Shown here one piece after another: positions 32,241-33,439 of a stretch of 33,439 nucleotides of DNA. Position 1 is the stretch's first letter, and each line of letters begins with the position of its first letter. A model generated the notes under the pieces. The model ran no database searches, was not told the origin of the DNA, and was given only the letters and a program-made list of their open reading frames with translations. Origin of the DNA: an uncultured Dehalococcoidaceae bacterium (GTDB taxonomy: Bacteria > Chloroflexota > Dehalococcoidia > Dehalococcoidales > RBG-16-60-22); the NCBI GenBank assembly GCA_964623035.1, contig CAZUSN010000001.1, forward strand, positions 1 through 33,439, read 5' to 3'. A program made the position numbers and the translations under genes.

Positions 32241-33439
32241 TTAATGCCTAAAGTGCCTTTCACCAGTGAAGACCATGGCTATATTATATTTATCCGCCGC
32301 CTTGATGGAGTCCTCATCTCTGATTGAGCCGCCAGGCTGGATAATGGCAGTTATCCCGCCCTCCGCCGCCGCCTCCACTACATCAGGAAAGGGAAACATA
32401 GCATCGGAAGCCAGCACGCTACCTTTCGCCCTCTCTCCCGCTCTTTCTTTGGCTATCTGCGCACTGACAATCCGACTGGGCTGCCCCGCCCCCATGCCTA
32501 CCAGAGTCCTGTCCTTAGCCAGCACGATGGCATTCGACTTCACATGCTTCACCGCCCGCCAGGCAAAAAGCAGGTCTTTTATCTCTGCGCCGGTCGGCTT
32601 GCGTCTGGTTACCGTCTTCAGCTTAACGCTATCTTCAGCCAGAGAATCGGAACTCTGCACCAGAAAGCCGCCCTTTACCCGGCGGAAATCAAGATACCCT
32701 TCATGAGAGATTCCGTAGGTGGGTGGTAATTCGGTAAGCAGAATCCTGAGGTCTTTTTTGCGCTTCAATAATTCCAGAGCTTTCGCCTCATACTCGGGAG
32801 CAATAATTATTTCATAAAAGGTTTTACTTATCTCTTCAGATGTAGCTAAGTCAACAGCTCTGTTTACGGCGACAATGCCGCCGAAAGCCGCTGCCGGGTC
32901 GCCACTGAGTGCCCGCCGGTAGGCTTCAGCGACGTTATCATGGCTGGCTAGACCGCAGGGATTGGTATGCTTGACGATGGCTACCGTCGGTGCAGCAAAA
33001 TCAGTAACCACACCCCAGGCAGCATCGGCATCGAGGATATTGTTGAAGGAAAGCTCTTTTCCCCACAACTGTTTCGCCCAGGTAATTCCGGTATCCCCTG
33101 CCCCGCCAACCACCTGTTCCGCATAGAAAGCAGCCATCTGGTGCGGATTCTCTCCATAACGCAGTCCATAACGCTTCTTCATAGCTATGGTCATCTCCTC
33201 AGGGAAGCCCTCCATATCCTGCCTCAAATACTGAGCGATGGCGGTATCATAAACTGCCACGTGCTGAAAGGCTTTCTGCGCCAGCCGTTGGCGCTCCTCC
33301 AGAGGCAAATCTCCCTGCCGCAATTTCTCCACCACTGGCTGATAATCAGCCGGGTCAACGACGACGATGACGCTGGGGAAGTTCTTGGCGGCAGCTCGAA
33401 TCATGGTCGGTCCACCAATATCAATATTTTCCAGCGCCT
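32241..33439 (-). CDS. purH: Bifunctional AICAR transformylase / IMP cyclohydrolase (partial, 5' end outside window)
   Basis: The frame is open to the window edge (ALENIDIGGPTMIRAAAKNF). AICARFT region motifs include VAIVKHTNPCG, GMGAGQPSRI and the FRH C-terminus. Confidence 0.95.
   Translation of the reverse strand, partial: ALENIDIGGPTMIRAAAKNFPSVIVVVDPADYQPVVEKLRQGDLPLEERQRLAQKAFQHVAVYDTAIAQYLRQDMEGFPEEMTIAMKKRYGLRYGENPHQMAAFYAEQVVGGAGDTGITWAKQLWGKELSFNNILDADAAWGVVTDFAAPTVAIVKHTNPCGLASHDNVAEAYRRALSGDPAAAFGGIVAVNRAVDLATSEEISKTFYEIIIAPEYEAKALELLKRKKDLRILLTELPPTYGISHEGYLDFRRVKGGFLVQSSDSLAEDSVKLKTVTRRKPTGAEIKDLLFAWRAVKHVKSNAIVLAKDRTLVGMGAGQPSRIVSAQIAKERAGERAKGSVLASDAMFPFPDVVEAAAEGGITAIIQPGGSIRDEDSIKAADKYNIAMVFTGERHFRH

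Overview
Chromosomal segment of a bacterium. The protein signatures look Chloroflexota/Dehalococcoidia-like to me, but that is only a guess. Ordinary genes sit at both ends. On the left are a DnaJ-like fragment, an HDAC-family deacetylase and hyi-garR. On the right are an HlyC/CorC transporter, DUF2344, tilS, arsM, a pncA/pncB-like NAD salvage pair and purH. Between them lies a ~22 kb type IV filament locus in four parts. (i) A co-directional operon at 3.6-12.6 kb: HTH, pilB, pilC, three minor pilins, a PilO-like gene, a PilM/N fusion, pilT and pilD. (ii) A regulatory island at 12.6-21.1 kb: a wHTH protein, an RHH protein, a GH3-like adenylating enzyme, a 7TM-GAF-GAF-GGDEF-HD-GYP enzyme, an atypical LuxR-type response regulator, and a HisKA_3 kinase with a NarL-type regulator. 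(iii) Two tandem major-pilin paralogues at 21.3-22.3 kb. (iv) A convergent minus-strand module at 22.6-25.6 kb: a small 2-TM protein, a PilO-like protein and a second PilM/N fusion. I saw no secretin, rRNA, tRNA, CRISPR array, integrase or transposase. The best candidate for something undescribed is the 321-aa PilO-like protein (24145-25110, minus strand). Its C-terminal half is a signal-less copy of the neighbouring major-pilin head domain, and it sits in a duplicated alignment module. Other points worth a second look are the mosaic identity pattern between the two pilin copies, a hairpin-repeat family with a compensatory stem change at 25.66-26.0 kb, 11-bp phased repeats upstream of the RHH gene, a dual GGDEF/HD-GYP enzyme and an acid-pocket-less receiver inside the pilus locus, and possible leaderless starts. 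All calls rest on reading the sequence and recalling family motifs; no searches were run.
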